This document shows positions 48,058-57,522 of a stretch of DNA of 64,000 nt, piece after piece. The stretch's first letter is position 1. Every line of letters begins with the position of its first letter. Both the position numbers and the translations under genes were made by a program. The stretch spans positions 1,636 to 65,635 of the forward strand of contig CAOYAN010000006.1 of assembly GCA_948562205.1 (NCBI GenBank), in the 5' to 3' direction. The notes beneath the pieces were generated by a model that worked only from the letters and a program-made list of their open reading frames with translations, had not been told where the DNA came from and made no database searches. Origin of the DNA: an uncultured Clostridia bacterium. Lineage in GTDB: Bacteria; Bacillota; Clostridia; TANB77; CAG-465.

Positions 48058-48165
48058 TATATATTTTAAGGCATAATAACCCCTTGTTATTTCATTTTCT
48101 CTTATGTTTTTAAATGTTAGTTGTGTGTGTAGTTTTATCATACTCGTACTTGTTTTAGTTACCAT
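48052..48165 (-). CDS. Small upstream ORF, 37 codons in this copy
   Basis: MVTKTSTSMIKLHTQLTFKNIRENEITRGYYALKYIH. GAGG lies 9 nt before ATG 48165. Track ORF 48052-48234 extends through the predicted promoter and is probably too long. Confidence 0.3.
   Translation of the reverse strand: MVTKTSTSMIKLHTQLTFKNIRENEITRGYYALKYIH
48122..48130. repeat. Short dinucleotide tract (TG)4T at the position of the (TG)9T tract of copy 1
   Basis: Read directly: ttgtgtgtgtag. Confidence 0.9.
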
Positions 48166-48205
48166 AATCATTTTCCTCTTTCTGTAATTTTCAATTACAT
48201 TTTTT

Positions 48206-48234
48206 ATTTTAACATCTAAAAAAACATTTTTCAA
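48206..48234 (-). promoter_or_regulatory. Candidate promoter of the small upstream unit (copy 2)
   Basis: Minus strand TTGAAA (48234-48229), 17 nt, TAAAAT (48211-48206). Confidence 0.4.
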
Positions 48235-48302
48235 GAAAATTTTTTTATATTTTTGGTTTACTTAAGGAGAAAAAAGTGATATAACATTTTCAGGAGGATC
48301 CG

Positions 48303-49232
48303 ATGAGAAACAAACAAATTGATGTATTAAAAGGTATTGGAGCAATACTTGTTGTAATTGGTCATATAGTAACAGGAACTATAAAAAATATAATATATGC
48401 ATTTCATATGCCACTGTTTTTCTTTTTATCAGGTTATGTATTTAACACTAAAAAGAAATTTAAAGAATATTTAAATCAAAATATAAAATCATTAATTATT
48501 CCTTTTTTTGTATTTAATCTAATATCACTTTTATTTAATATAGACTATATACAAAATAATTCATTAACAAAAGTATTAGATTGTATATTTTACTTTAATA
48601 GTGCAGTTGCATGGAACACATCATTGTGGTTTTTTATAGTATTATTTAATACAAAAATATTATTTTATATAATAAATAAACTATGTTGTGACTCAACTAA
48701 AAAGACTTTTATTTGTACACTAACTATTTTATTTTTAGGAATTGCTATACTAAAATATAATATATGGTTACCTTTTGGACTTACTATAGTACCTATATCA
48801 CTTACATTTATGTATATAGGATATATAGCCAAAAAAATTGAATTATTAGAAAAAATTAATTTTAATTTAAAAAATACTATTATTTGTATTTTCATAACTG
48901 CTATATTCATTATATCCTCAATATATAATGAAAGAGTAAATATGTCTACTAACTTATATAGAAATTATATACTATACTTTTTTAATGCATTATGTGGAAT
49001 ATATATCATGCTAATATTATCAAAACCTTTAGAGAATAGTAAAACATTAAATATTTATGCAAACCTATCAATGATAATGTTTAGTACACAAAGAATACTT
49101 TATAAGTTATATCCGTTTGATATTCACAGTTATGTTATAGTATCTATAATATTAACTCTTTTAATATACTTAATATATTATTTTATAAAAAGTTTATTTA
49201 AAAGAAAACATAAGGAGAAGTCTGTTCTATAA
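48303..49232 (+). CDS. Acyltransferase family 3 membrane protein (O-acyltransferase of envelope glycans)
   Basis: IDVLKGIGAILVVIGH start, about 10 TM helices, FHMPLFFFLSGY motif. Confidence 0.75.
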   Translation: MRNKQIDVLKGIGAILVVIGHIVTGTIKNIIYAFHMPLFFFLSGYVFNTKKKFKEYLNQNIKSLIIPFFVFNLISLLFNIDYIQNNSLTKVLDCIFYFNSAVAWNTSLWFFIVLFNTKILFYIINKLCCDSTKKTFICTLTILFLGIAILKYNIWLPFGLTIVPISLTFMYIGYIAKKIELLEKINFNLKNTIICIFITAIFIISSIYNERVNMSTNLYRNYILYFFNALCGIYIMLILSKPLENSKTLNIYANLSMIMFSTQRILYKLYPFDIHSYVIVSIILTLLIYLIYYFIKSLFKRKHKEKSVL

Positions 49233-49247
49233 AAGAACACTTCTCCT

Positions 49248-49937
49248 TTATCTATTTATTAAACTTTTAAATATTTCTAGATCATCATTATAAGTAATTT
49301 TCAAATTATATTCAGAGCCTCTTAAATAATTTAGATCTTTGCCAATTTTGAGCATTAAATCTGCAGTAGTATTAACCTCTTTAAAATCAATACTTTTAGC
49401 ATATTCATATGCCTCTTTAACGTCCTTATACTTAAATGTCTGTGGTGTTTGAATTCTCATAATATTTGTTCTCTCAATTACTTTATTATTATCTTTTGTA
49501 ACAACTACCTCAGGACAATCAATATAGCTTATAGCATTCCCATATTCTATACATTCATTTATACTATCATTAATATTTTTATAACTAACTAAAGGTCTAT
49601 TTCCTGCATGTATAACAATAATATCATCATTTGCTACTACATTTTCCAAAGCATCAATACAATTACTAATAGACTCTGGTTGAGTTCTACCACCTTGTAC
49701 TATATACTGGATCTTAGTCAAATTATACTTTTTCTTATACTCTTCTACTTTTCTCTCATAACCTTTAAGACATGCAACAACAATTTTATCAATATTTTCG
49801 TTATTTTGAAATTTTTCAAGAGTATAAATACTTATAGGTTTATTATCTACTTCTACAAATTGCTTTGGCACACTACTTTTAAATCTACTACCAATACCGC
49901 CAAGAGTTATTATTGCATATACCATATTCTCCTCCAT
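49248..49937 (-). CDS. IspD/TarI-family cytidylyltransferase (likely ribitol-5-P or similar CDP-alditol synthase)
   Basis: ITLGGIGSRFKSSVPKQF N-terminal motif. The start ATG overlaps the stop of the upstream TagF-like gene (TAATG). Confidence 0.7.
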   Translation of the reverse strand: MEENMVYAIITLGGIGSRFKSSVPKQFVEVDNKPISIYTLEKFQNNENIDKIVVACLKGYERKVEEYKKKYNLTKIQYIVQGGRTQPESISNCIDALENVVANDDIIVIHAGNRPLVSYKNINDSINECIEYGNAISYIDCPEVVVTKDNNKVIERTNIMRIQTPQTFKYKDVKEAYEYAKSIDFKEVNTTADLMLKIGKDLNYLRGSEYNLKITYNDDLEIFKSLINR

Positions 49938-51238
49938 TATCTTCTAAAAACTCTTCTTAAACTCTCTAAAAAACGCCATCCCTTAGAATTATATACATCA
50001 TTTACTTCATCAGTCTTTTCTTTTAATTTTTTTTCTGTTATATCAAGTTTTTCAGTAAGTTCATTTATTTTTCTACTCATATGTGTCTCTGGATCCTTAT
50101 AATATGTAACATTTTCACTAATTTTATTTCCATCAAAGAAAAAGTCACAAATATTTTTACAATTATTTTCTACTCCACCATCTATACATAATTTTTTGGC
50201 ATCAGTTCTTTCTTTTAAATAATAGTTATCATCTTTTAATAGTTTATCTGTCTCATTAATAAGTTCTGTAATACTTTTAGCCTTAGGCCCTATAGTCCAA
50301 AAATCAAAATTAGAAAATACAATTCCCCTATTTTCCATATATTCATCTTCATCATCTACTGCATAAAGAAGAGGTCTATTAAAGTATAAAAATTCTGTAC
50401 CTATTGAAGAATAATCAGTAATCAACATATCAAATCCATTTATTATTTCATTAACTGATACATTGTTTTTTATTAACATGTCTTCATTTATTTTTTTTAT
50501 ATTATCAGATTCATATGAATTAAAAATATTCATTTCCCCTGGATGTCTTTTAACACATAATAAATAGTTATTCTCTTTTAAATAATCATCTAATTTTTTT
50601 TCGTTATACTTATCAAAATTAAAAATATTTTCTGTATTTACTTTTTCAACATCATTGTGATTAAATCCTTTTTTAAATGTTGGCATATATACTATAACTT
50701 TATTATATTTTTTTATATCTATTCCTAAAACATTTGATAAATTATCTTTTCCATCTGAATCTTTAAAATAATCAAATATTGGCATTCCAAGGCTTTTTAC
50801 TCTAGAACATTGAACATGCAATTTAGCAGCAAATATTACTTTCCAAAAATCATTTGGTACAATAACATAATCTATAATTTTTCTCATATTATTATATCCA
50901 CTCAAATCTTCACTACTTGGATGATCTCCCAAAAATCCAGTAGGTTTGGGACCTATTCCATGCCAAAGTTCAACATATAATGATTTATCAGTCTTATCTC
51001 TATCTAGATTTCCTTGAGTAGTAAAAAATATATCTGTTGTTGGTATATATTTTTTAAATTCATCTGTTCCAATAAGTATAGCATTAATATTTTTATTTTT
51101 TAATATATTAATACTTTCTTCATTATATACAATCCATGTCATATTAAAATCATATTTATCTTTCATATATTCATATAAAGCTTTAGCATTTCCACCAAAA
51201 TCAGGCTGACTACAAAATGTTATATTTAATTTTCCCAT
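49937..51238 (-). CDS. CDP-glycerol/CDP-alditol glycerophosphotransferase (TagB/TagF family)
   Basis: YMPTFK, LITDYSSIGTEFLYFNRP motifs and a family-typical length. Confidence 0.75.
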   Translation of the reverse strand: MGKLNITFCSQPDFGGNAKALYEYMKDKYDFNMTWIVYNEESINILKNKNINAILIGTDEFKKYIPTTDIFFTTQGNLDRDKTDKSLYVELWHGIGPKPTGFLGDHPSSEDLSGYNNMRKIIDYVIVPNDFWKVIFAAKLHVQCSRVKSLGMPIFDYFKDSDGKDNLSNVLGIDIKKYNKVIVYMPTFKKGFNHNDVEKVNTENIFNFDKYNEKKLDDYLKENNYLLCVKRHPGEMNIFNSYESDNIKKINEDMLIKNNVSVNEIINGFDMLITDYSSIGTEFLYFNRPLLYAVDDEDEYMENRGIVFSNFDFWTIGPKAKSITELINETDKLLKDDNYYLKERTDAKKLCIDGGVENNCKNICDFFFDGNKISENVTYYKDPETHMSRKINELTEKLDITEKKLKEKTDEVNDVYNSKGWRFLESLRRVFRR

Positions 51239-51338
51239 AAAAAACTCCCATACTAAATGATATGTGATATATCACTTTTATATGGGTATTATATAATACT
51301 TGTAATATATTGTCAAACTTTAAATACATTATTTTAAA

Positions 51339-51367
51339 GAAAAAAATGGAAGGCATCCACCTTCCAT
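51339..51367 (-). terminator. Rho-independent terminator after rpsO
   Basis: Minus strand ATGGAAGG-loop-CCTTCCAT followed by TTTTTTT. Confidence 0.75.
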
Positions 51368-51373
51368 TTAAAA

Positions 51374-51637
51374 TTATTTTCTAAGTCCAAGTTTAGCTAT
51401 GATGTCTCTATATCTAGTAACATCTTTACTTTCTAAATATCTTAGTAATCTTTTTCTTTTACCAACCATTATTAAAAGTCCACGTCTTGAATGTTCATCT
51501 TTTTTGTGTACTCTTAAGTGCTCAGTTAATTCATTGATTCTTTCTGTTAGAAGTGCAATTTGTACTTCTGCAGAACCAGTATCACCTGCTTCTCTAGCAT
51601 AAGTTGATAAAATTTCAGCTTTTCTCTCTTTAGTCAT
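51374..51637 (-). CDS. rpsO: 30S ribosomal protein S15
   Basis: 87 aa; ..[38 protein letters not shown].. Confidence 0.97.
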   Translation of the reverse strand: MTKERKAEILSTYAREAGDTGSAEVQIALLTERINELTEHLRVHKKDEHSRRGLLIMVGKRKRLLRYLESKDVTRYRDIIAKLGLRK

Positions 51638-51753
51638 TTTATTTTCCCTCCTTTTTTACTACTTGCCTATAGCTAAGATAAGACACGAGGTCATGTACTC
51701 TCCTGGCAATAGGTGATATATAATAAATTACATATTGTAACTTATTTACTAAA

Positions 51754-52758
51754 TTAAATTTGATTTAAATAAACCCAAGGATTTATAGCAACACCATTTA
51801 CACGTACTTCAAAATGTAAATGAGGTCCAGTTGTATTTCCTGTATTTCCACTTAATGCTATTAATTGACCAGCTACTACCTGCTCACCTGCAGATACACA
51901 TAGTTGACTACAGTGTCCATAAATAGTTACAACACCATTTCCATGGTTTATTTTTACACAATTACCATAACCTGATGCATCCCAACCTGAGTGAGTTACA
52001 GTTCCACCCATATATGCATATACATCTGTACCAACAGAAGCTTTTAAATCTACGCCATTATGACCATAATATCCCCAATAGTCACAATTTATATATCTAC
52101 TAACTGTAGGCCAAGCTCTTGTTCCTGATAAATCTGGAACTATTGGACCATTATAAACTGATGTATTATATTTTTGTACTTTTGGTTGTTCAACAACTGG
52201 CTTTGGTATTTCAATTGGTTTATTTCTATCTACTATATCTTTTAATATAGCATCTGCTCTTTCAATTGAAGTTGTTTCCCCAAGTTTTGATACTTTTTCC
52301 ATTTTAACTTCTGCGTTTAGATCTTTTACTTCTGATTTTAGATTTTCTGCATATTTATTTGCATCATCTTCAGTAGAAAAAGTCATTTTATTTTCTCCAT
52401 CTACTGCTACATTATATATAGTAAATTCAGTTTTTATTTCAGCTCTTAAATTTGTATATATATTTTGTTCTGAAAGTAATGAATCCCTTATATAACTTGT
52501 TTCAAAAGTTGGTTCACTTTCTAAATATACTTTAACATTTGGATCAATGCTTTGTTTTTCAGCAACTAAGTCATTATATACTTCATCAAATTGTTGTTCA
52601 TTTAAGAAGTATCCTACAAACCTATCATTTATATAAGCTCTAAGTATTGGTTTATAGGTATTTAATATTGTAATTACAACAGCACCAAAAATTAATGCAA
52701 GGGTTACTATTGTAAAGAATATAAATCTTAGCGTACTGAGCACACTTTTCTTTCCCAT
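51754..52758 (-). CDS. M23-family peptidoglycan DD-endopeptidase with N-terminal membrane anchor
   Basis: HNGVDL and GNTGNTTGPHLHFEV motifs. The likely start is MGKKSVL at 52758. Confidence 0.85.
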   Translation of the reverse strand: MGKKSVLSTLRFIFFTIVTLALIFGAVVITILNTYKPILRAYINDRFVGYFLNEQQFDEVYNDLVAEKQSIDPNVKVYLESEPTFETSYIRDSLLSEQNIYTNLRAEIKTEFTIYNVAVDGENKMTFSTEDDANKYAENLKSEVKDLNAEVKMEKVSKLGETTSIERADAILKDIVDRNKPIEIPKPVVEQPKVQKYNTSVYNGPIVPDLSGTRAWPTVSRYINCDYWGYYGHNGVDLKASVGTDVYAYMGGTVTHSGWDASGYGNCVKINHGNGVVTIYGHCSQLCVSAGEQVVAGQLIALSGNTGNTTGPHLHFEVRVNGVAINPWVYLNQI

Positions 52759-52799
52759 AATTAAAATTTGCACCTTCCTTTTTTAGGTCATACATTTAT

Positions 52800-52828
52800 A
52801 TTATAACATCATATTGTTAAATTGTCAA
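52800..52828 (-). promoter_or_regulatory. Consensus promoter for the M23 peptidase gene
   Basis: Minus strand TTGACA (52828-52823), 17 nt, TATAAT (52805-52800). Confidence 0.55.
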
Positions 52829-53140
52829 ATCATGACAAGTCTATGTAAAACTAGACTACTATTAAAGCAGGCTAATTTTATCATATACAATATAATATGT
52901 CAAGACTGTGACATTTGTCTTACATTACCCCTATTCTACCATATATATTAGCATTTTTAACCTACTAATTATACCATACTATAAGATATATTTTTTATCA
53001 ATACTTTTATACCAAATATATCATTTTTTGTCTAATTTTATTAATACTTAATTCTTATTACTTGTACTTTTGCATAAATTATAGTATAATTATATTGTAT
53101 AAATATATATTTTATCTTATAAAAGAAAGGAGGAATATAT

Positions 53141-53575
53141 ATGATACCTATTTGGGCAATATGGCTAATTATTAGTGGAGTTTTTCTACTCCTTGAAATA
53201 TTTACAATTTCATTTTTACTTTTCTGGCCAGGTATTGGAGCATTTCTTGCTTTTCTTACAAGCCTTGTAACACCTAATATAGGAATTCAAATTGGTGTAT
53301 TTACAATATCTACAATTATACTAATTTTGTTAACTAAACCTTTAACAAAGAAATTCTTTAAAACAAAAGATACATCAATGAACAATAATGCTATAATTGG
53401 TAAAAAAGGAACAGTAGTAAAAGCTATTAAAAATAGTGAAACAAAAGGTCAAGTAAAAGTTGATGGTGAGCTTTGGTCTGCTATAATATCAGATGAGGAA
53501 AAACCTGTAAAAGAAGGCGAATGTGTTATAGTAGAAAAAATTGAGGGTGTAAAATTAAAAGTAAAAAAAGCCTAA
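53141..53575 (+). CDS. NfeD-family membrane protein
   Basis: Three N-terminal TM helices plus a C-terminal OB-like GQVKVDGELWSA. Confidence 0.8.
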   Translation: MIPIWAIWLIISGVFLLLEIFTISFLLFWPGIGAFLAFLTSLVTPNIGIQIGVFTISTIILILLTKPLTKKFFKTKDTSMNNNAIIGKKGTVVKAIKNSETKGQVKVDGELWSAIISDEEKPVKEGECVIVEKIEGVKLKVKKA

Positions 53576-53606
53576 ATAATCTGTTTTTATAAAGGAGGAA
53601 AAAAAC

Positions 53607-54542
53607 ATGATATATTTCTTTATTATTATTATCGTTTTAGGTCTTATCATTGCAGCTGCTTCAATAAAAGTTGTTAGACAATCTGAAGTAAGAATAATTG
53701 AACGTTTTGGTAAATACAATTATACTGCAGAAGCAGGACTAAACTTTATTCTACCATTTGCAGATAAAGTAAGAGCAGTTGTAAGCTTAAAACAACAAAC
53801 AATGGATGTAACACCTCAAAGTGTTATAACAAAAGATAATGTAACTATAACAATTGATACTGTTGTATTCTATCAAATAATGGATCCAGTAAAAGCTGTA
53901 TATGAAATTGAAAGTTTACAAAAAGGTATTGCATATATTGCAATTACTACAATTCGTGATATAGTTGGTAAAATGGACTTAGATGCAACATTTAGTTCAA
54001 GAGATGCAATAAATACACAATTAAGAGACATTCTTGATGAAGCAACAGATAAATGGGGATGTAAAGTTGATCGTGTTGAAATAAAAGATATTAAACCACC
54101 TGTAGACATTCGTGATGCAATGGAAAAACAAATGAATGCAGAAAGAAATAAAAGAGCAATTATACTAGAGGCTGAAGGTAAACGTCAAGCAGATATTACA
54201 CTTGCTGAAGGTAATAAACAAGCAACAATACTTAATGCAGAAGCAGAGCGTGAATCTAGTATTAGACGTGCTCAAGGTATTAGAGAATCTAAAATACTAG
54301 AAGCTGAAGGTAATGCTGAAGCAATAAAAAAAGTTGCTGATGCAAAAGCTGAAGAAATTAAACTTGTATATTCTGCTATAATGGACACTAAACCTGATCA
54401 AAACTTAGTTGCTCTAAAATCTTTAGAAGCATTAGAGAAAATTTCTCAAGGAAGTGCAAACAAAGTGTTTATTCCTTTTGATGCAACAAAAGCAATGGGT
54501 GCTTTAGGAGCGGCAACAGAAATTTTAAAAGGTGACAAATAA
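53607..54542 (+). CDS. SPFH/band-7 (stomatin-like) protein
   Basis: N-terminal anchor, IVRQSEVRIIERFGKY, then an A/E/K-rich coiled C-terminal half. The classic NfeD-SPFH gene pair. Confidence 0.9.
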   Translation: MIYFFIIIIVLGLIIAAASIKVVRQSEVRIIERFGKYNYTAEAGLNFILPFADKVRAVVSLKQQTMDVTPQSVITKDNVTITIDTVVFYQIMDPVKAVYEIESLQKGIAYIAITTIRDIVGKMDLDATFSSRDAINTQLRDILDEATDKWGCKVDRVEIKDIKPPVDIRDAMEKQMNAERNKRAIILEAEGKRQADITLAEGNKQATILNAEAERESSIRRAQGIRESKILEAEGNAEAIKKVADAKAEEIKLVYSAIMDTKPDQNLVALKSLEALEKISQGSANKVFIPFDATKAMGALGAATEILKGDK

Positions 54543-54611
54543 ATATATCTATAATAACAAATCAGATTTATTCTGGTTTGTTTTTTTATAAATTGTACCA
54601 CAATAAGATAA

Positions 54612-54645
54612 AGAGAATAAGTAGAAAATTCTCTACTTATTCTCT
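54612..54645. terminator. Bidirectional terminator
   Basis: AGAGAATAAGTAGA / TCTACTTATTCTCT, a 14-bp perfect stem with flanking A and T runs. Confidence 0.75.
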
Positions 54646-54659
54646 TTTATTAGTGTTTA

Positions 54660-55814
54660 TTAAAACAAAATTTTATCTTCAGGTATAAAATCCTTAGATA
54701 AAGAATAGTTACTGTACTTAATATCTCCTGTAACATTTTTTACTTCTTCTATCCCAACTGGAAGTTTTGCACCTACATCTTCTCTACTTCCTCTAATTTC
54801 AAGAACTGCATATTTTTCCCAATTTGGATAAATATCTAAATTATAATAAGTATCTCCCTCAGAAAAATACCATCTATCCTTTATAATTGGGCGTCTTTCC
54901 ATATCCATTTCAAGCATAAGAGCATCGTATATATCTTTACTAATACTCTTTTCTATATAATCGTTATAATTTCCTATTGCTTTTTTAGTAAGATAATACA
55001 CAAAATTATTTCCATCTCCCATCATTCTAATTCTTCTTTCTTCTTTACCATTAGATTTAAGATAAACTTGAATGATGTTTCTTCTTTGAGCCTTTTTATT
55101 AAGAAGATACTCATAAGTTGGTTTTTTAATAATAATCTTTTCCTGATGTTGAGATGGAATAGGCTCACCTACACATGATAAAAAGACATGTAGGGCTTTT
55201 TGCTTTTTACCCTCAAAATCAGTTTCATTTCCAATATAGTAAATTTCATTATGACCAATATATGCACTTTTAATTTTTTCATCGAGTGCAATAGCTACCT
55301 CACAAGTCTCGTCTTTAGAACGTGCGGGATTATCAGCTCTACTCTTCTCAAAAGCCTCTTTTGCCCCATTTGCAGCAGTAACCATATGAATTATAGCTCT
55401 ATATCTAGATAAAATTTCAATTTCAGACTTATTTTCATCTCGAAGTATTGATTGCCATTCATCATCACTCATATACGCTTTTGCATCAAGAAGACCCCTA
55501 TCACAAATAACTACAAGTTTTCGATCACTATTTCTTTTCATAGTTCTATACAGTTCCTCTTTAAAATACTGCATTTTAAAAAGAATTCTTTGAAATTCAA
55601 TTGGATCAGTTATTCCATTAAAAGGCTTTACTCCAGATGTAATAATTTCTGTTGCACTTTCCTTAATCCAAACTACATCATAATTTCTACAAAGAAGAGC
55701 TTCAGTAAATAAAAGTTCCAAACTTGATTTTCCAGCAACTGGACCACCAGTTAGTGCATAAATCGATACATCATTACCTTTTCCAATTTCTTTCTCAAAA
55801 ATACTTTTTGACAT
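54660..55814 (-). CDS. P-loop NTPase/kinase domain (NadR ribosylnicotinamide-kinase-like, AAA_28-type) fused to a CYTH-like domain
   Basis: Walker A GGPVAGKSS and Walker B-like VVICDRGLLD. The C-terminal ~190 aa are beta-rich with conserved acidic and basic residues, resembling a CYTH triphosphate-tunnel fold. The domain calls are by eye. Confidence 0.6.
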   Translation of the reverse strand: MSKSIFEKEIGKGNDVSIYALTGGPVAGKSSLELLFTEALLCRNYDVVWIKESATEIITSGVKPFNGITDPIEFQRILFKMQYFKEELYRTMKRNSDRKLVVICDRGLLDAKAYMSDDEWQSILRDENKSEIEILSRYRAIIHMVTAANGAKEAFEKSRADNPARSKDETCEVAIALDEKIKSAYIGHNEIYYIGNETDFEGKKQKALHVFLSCVGEPIPSQHQEKIIIKKPTYEYLLNKKAQRRNIIQVYLKSNGKEERRIRMMGDGNNFVYYLTKKAIGNYNDYIEKSISKDIYDALMLEMDMERRPIIKDRWYFSEGDTYYNLDIYPNWEKYAVLEIRGSREDVGAKLPVGIEEVKNVTGDIKYSNYSLSKDFIPEDKILF

Positions 55815-56004
55815 ATTATTCTCCTCTCGCTTTATTGATAGTTACAATAAATATACTTTAGTTACCATAAGAATTATATCATAAAATCTATAAAAATCAA
55901 AGTAAAATTTTTTATTAAAGGTTTTTTAAACAAAAAACTCACCATATACTACATTTTTTTGCAATATATGATGAAATTTTTCTATCTAATACATAATATA
56001 TATA

Positions 56005-56703
56005 TCAATTTCTAATATACTCTACATTAGAACGTTCCCACTTTACTGTATTTAATAATGAATTTGCAGTATATATAACATACATAAACAATATTGATAA
56101 ATTAGCATCACTAGTAGAATAATTTATAGCCCACATTACTATTGATAATATATTGGAAATGTTAAATAAATACCATACTTCTTTTTTTCGTAATATTAAG
56201 CAAATATATGCACTTATACTTAATACAGTTGTTGTAGCATCCAAATAAGGTTGGGCATCTTTAAAAGCTACTAATATTGTTCCATATACTATAATAGAAA
56301 ATATAACTAAAAATGTAAATATTATTCTTTCTTTTAAATTAAATGAAGAAATATTTGCAACTGTAGTATCTTTACTTGCCCTAAACCAAGTAATTAATCC
56401 TATAATACAACATGGACACGAATAAAATATATTTAACATGAAATCTCCATATAATCTATTTTGATATGATACTATTCCATAAATAAATGTATTTACTATA
56501 CCAAACAAAAATGCTACTGATAATCTACAACCATTCAAAATTACATATATAACTCCCATTATAGATGCTATAATAGCTAAAATACTATTGTTAGTATTTA
56601 CTGATATAATTGTTATTCCAATAGTACACAAAATAAGCCATACTATATCAAATACTTTTAAAGATTTTAGCTCTAATAATAATTTTTTTGTTATATTCAT
56701 CAT
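56005..56703 (-). CDS. pnuC: PnuC-family nucleoside (nicotinamide riboside-type) transporter
   Basis: 7-8 TM helices with YQNRLYGDFMLNIFY...GLITW, which matches the PnuC signature region. The likely start is ATG 56703. Confidence 0.7.
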   Translation of the reverse strand: MMNITKKLLLELKSLKVFDIVWLILCTIGITIISVNTNNSILAIIASIMGVIYVILNGCRLSVAFLFGIVNTFIYGIVSYQNRLYGDFMLNIFYSCPCCIIGLITWFRASKDTTVANISSFNLKERIIFTFLVIFSIIVYGTILVAFKDAQPYLDATTTVLSISAYICLILRKKEVWYLFNISNILSIVMWAINYSTSDANLSILFMYVIYTANSLLNTVKWERSNVEYIRN

Positions 56704-56745
56704 GCGTTTTATTCCTCTCATATATATTACTATCTATTCTTTAAA

Positions 56746-57522
56746 TTAATTAAAATTAGAATACTTATATTTTTCATATATAACTTCTAATTTCGTTAAA
56801 AATTCTTTTCCATAAAGTTCCTTTATTTTGCTAAAATACTTATCTTTAAAGTCTATAATATCAGAATTCCATTTATGGCATAAACATAATAAAAGTCGAT
56901 TTTCATCAATAGCATTATCGCTTAAAATTACACCACCAATTTCTGGAAATATAGTGTTTGGAAACAATAAATTTCCATTTAGAGCAGATAATATCATTGC
57001 ATTAGAAGAACTACTATTTAGATTTTCTTTATATAAGTTAGGATATCTACTTTCAATATTAATATCATCTAAAACCAAAATTGTATCTTTTTTAACATTA
57101 TTTTTCAAGCACAAAAGATCTAGTACTTCTCCAGGTATAAAATGAACTGTATCTAATATTACCATGTCAAATATTCCAATATTATCAGTTACTTCAGGAA
57201 TAAATTTACCAGTTAATAGTTTAAACTTAGTTAAATCCAAATAATCTTTTAATTCATAAACTTCAGATCCAATAGCAGGTTTACCATTTTTATAATTAGC
57301 AATTATTTCTGTATCTATGCTTACCAACTCGCAATTTATCCCTAGCTCTTTTATGCAATTCAAATATACAGAAGTAGAACCACCAGTTGATACACCTATT
57401 TCCAATATTCTTCTAGGTTTATATTTTTCAATTAAACTACAAATCCAAATTAAGTTATCATCTGATAAAGATTTCTGACTTTTATGTTTTAGTCTATTTA
57501 ATATATTAAGATAATTTGTCAT
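56746..57522 (-). CDS. Class I SAM-dependent methyltransferase
   Basis: Motif I ILEIGVSTGGST and the acidic loop VSIDTE. Overlaps the upstream gene by 17 nt. Confidence 0.7.
   Translation of the reverse strand: MTNYLNILNRLKHKSQKSLSDDNLIWICSLIEKYKPRRILEIGVSTGGSTSVYLNCIKELGINCELVSIDTEIIANYKNGKPAIGSEVYELKDYLDLTKFKLLTGKFIPEVTDNIGIFDMVILDTVHFIPGEVLDLLCLKNNVKKDTILVLDDINIESRYPNLYKENLNSSSSNAMILSALNGNLLFPNTIFPEIGGVILSDNAIDENRLLLCLCHKWNSDIIDFKDKYFSKIKELYGKEFLTKLEVIYEKYKYSNFN

Noticed and set aside
48166-48234. N-terminal extension of track ORF 48052-48234 (MKNVFLDVKIKNVIENYRKRKMI..)
   Set aside because: The extension runs through the predicted -35/-10 of the small unit and is not conserved in copy 1. 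The start at 48165 (or 48171) with its upstream GAGG is more plausible.
48290-48302. GGATCC (BamHI site) inside the RBS region AGGAGGATCCGATG of the acyltransferase, as a hint of engineering
   Set aside because: It is a single 6-mer overlapping a natural-looking SD. There are no vector-like sequences or other cloning scars nearby.
51638-51753. Possible S15 autoregulatory structure in the rpsO leader (helix CTATTGCC / GGCAA-G-TAG)
   Set aside because: Only one bulged 8-bp helix could be drawn by eye, and I could not place a convincing promoter or the known Firmicute three-helix fold. It needs cmscan.
52838-52874. Hairpin AGTCTA-TGTAAAAC-TAGACT with a 14-nt identity (CTAGACTACTATTA) to the type I TA hairpin at 628-653
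   Set aside because: The match length is within chance expectation for this composition. No small hydrophobic ORF with an RBS and no complementary sRNA lie nearby. It sits in the 5' region of the M23 peptidase gene between two promoters.
55858-55872. 14-nt match TTTAGTTACCATAA to the start of the adhesin-cassette small ORF (27318-27331 and 48156-48169)
   Set aside because: In a ~75% A+T 64-kb window, hundreds of chance 14-mer matches are expected, and there is no extended similarity on either side.
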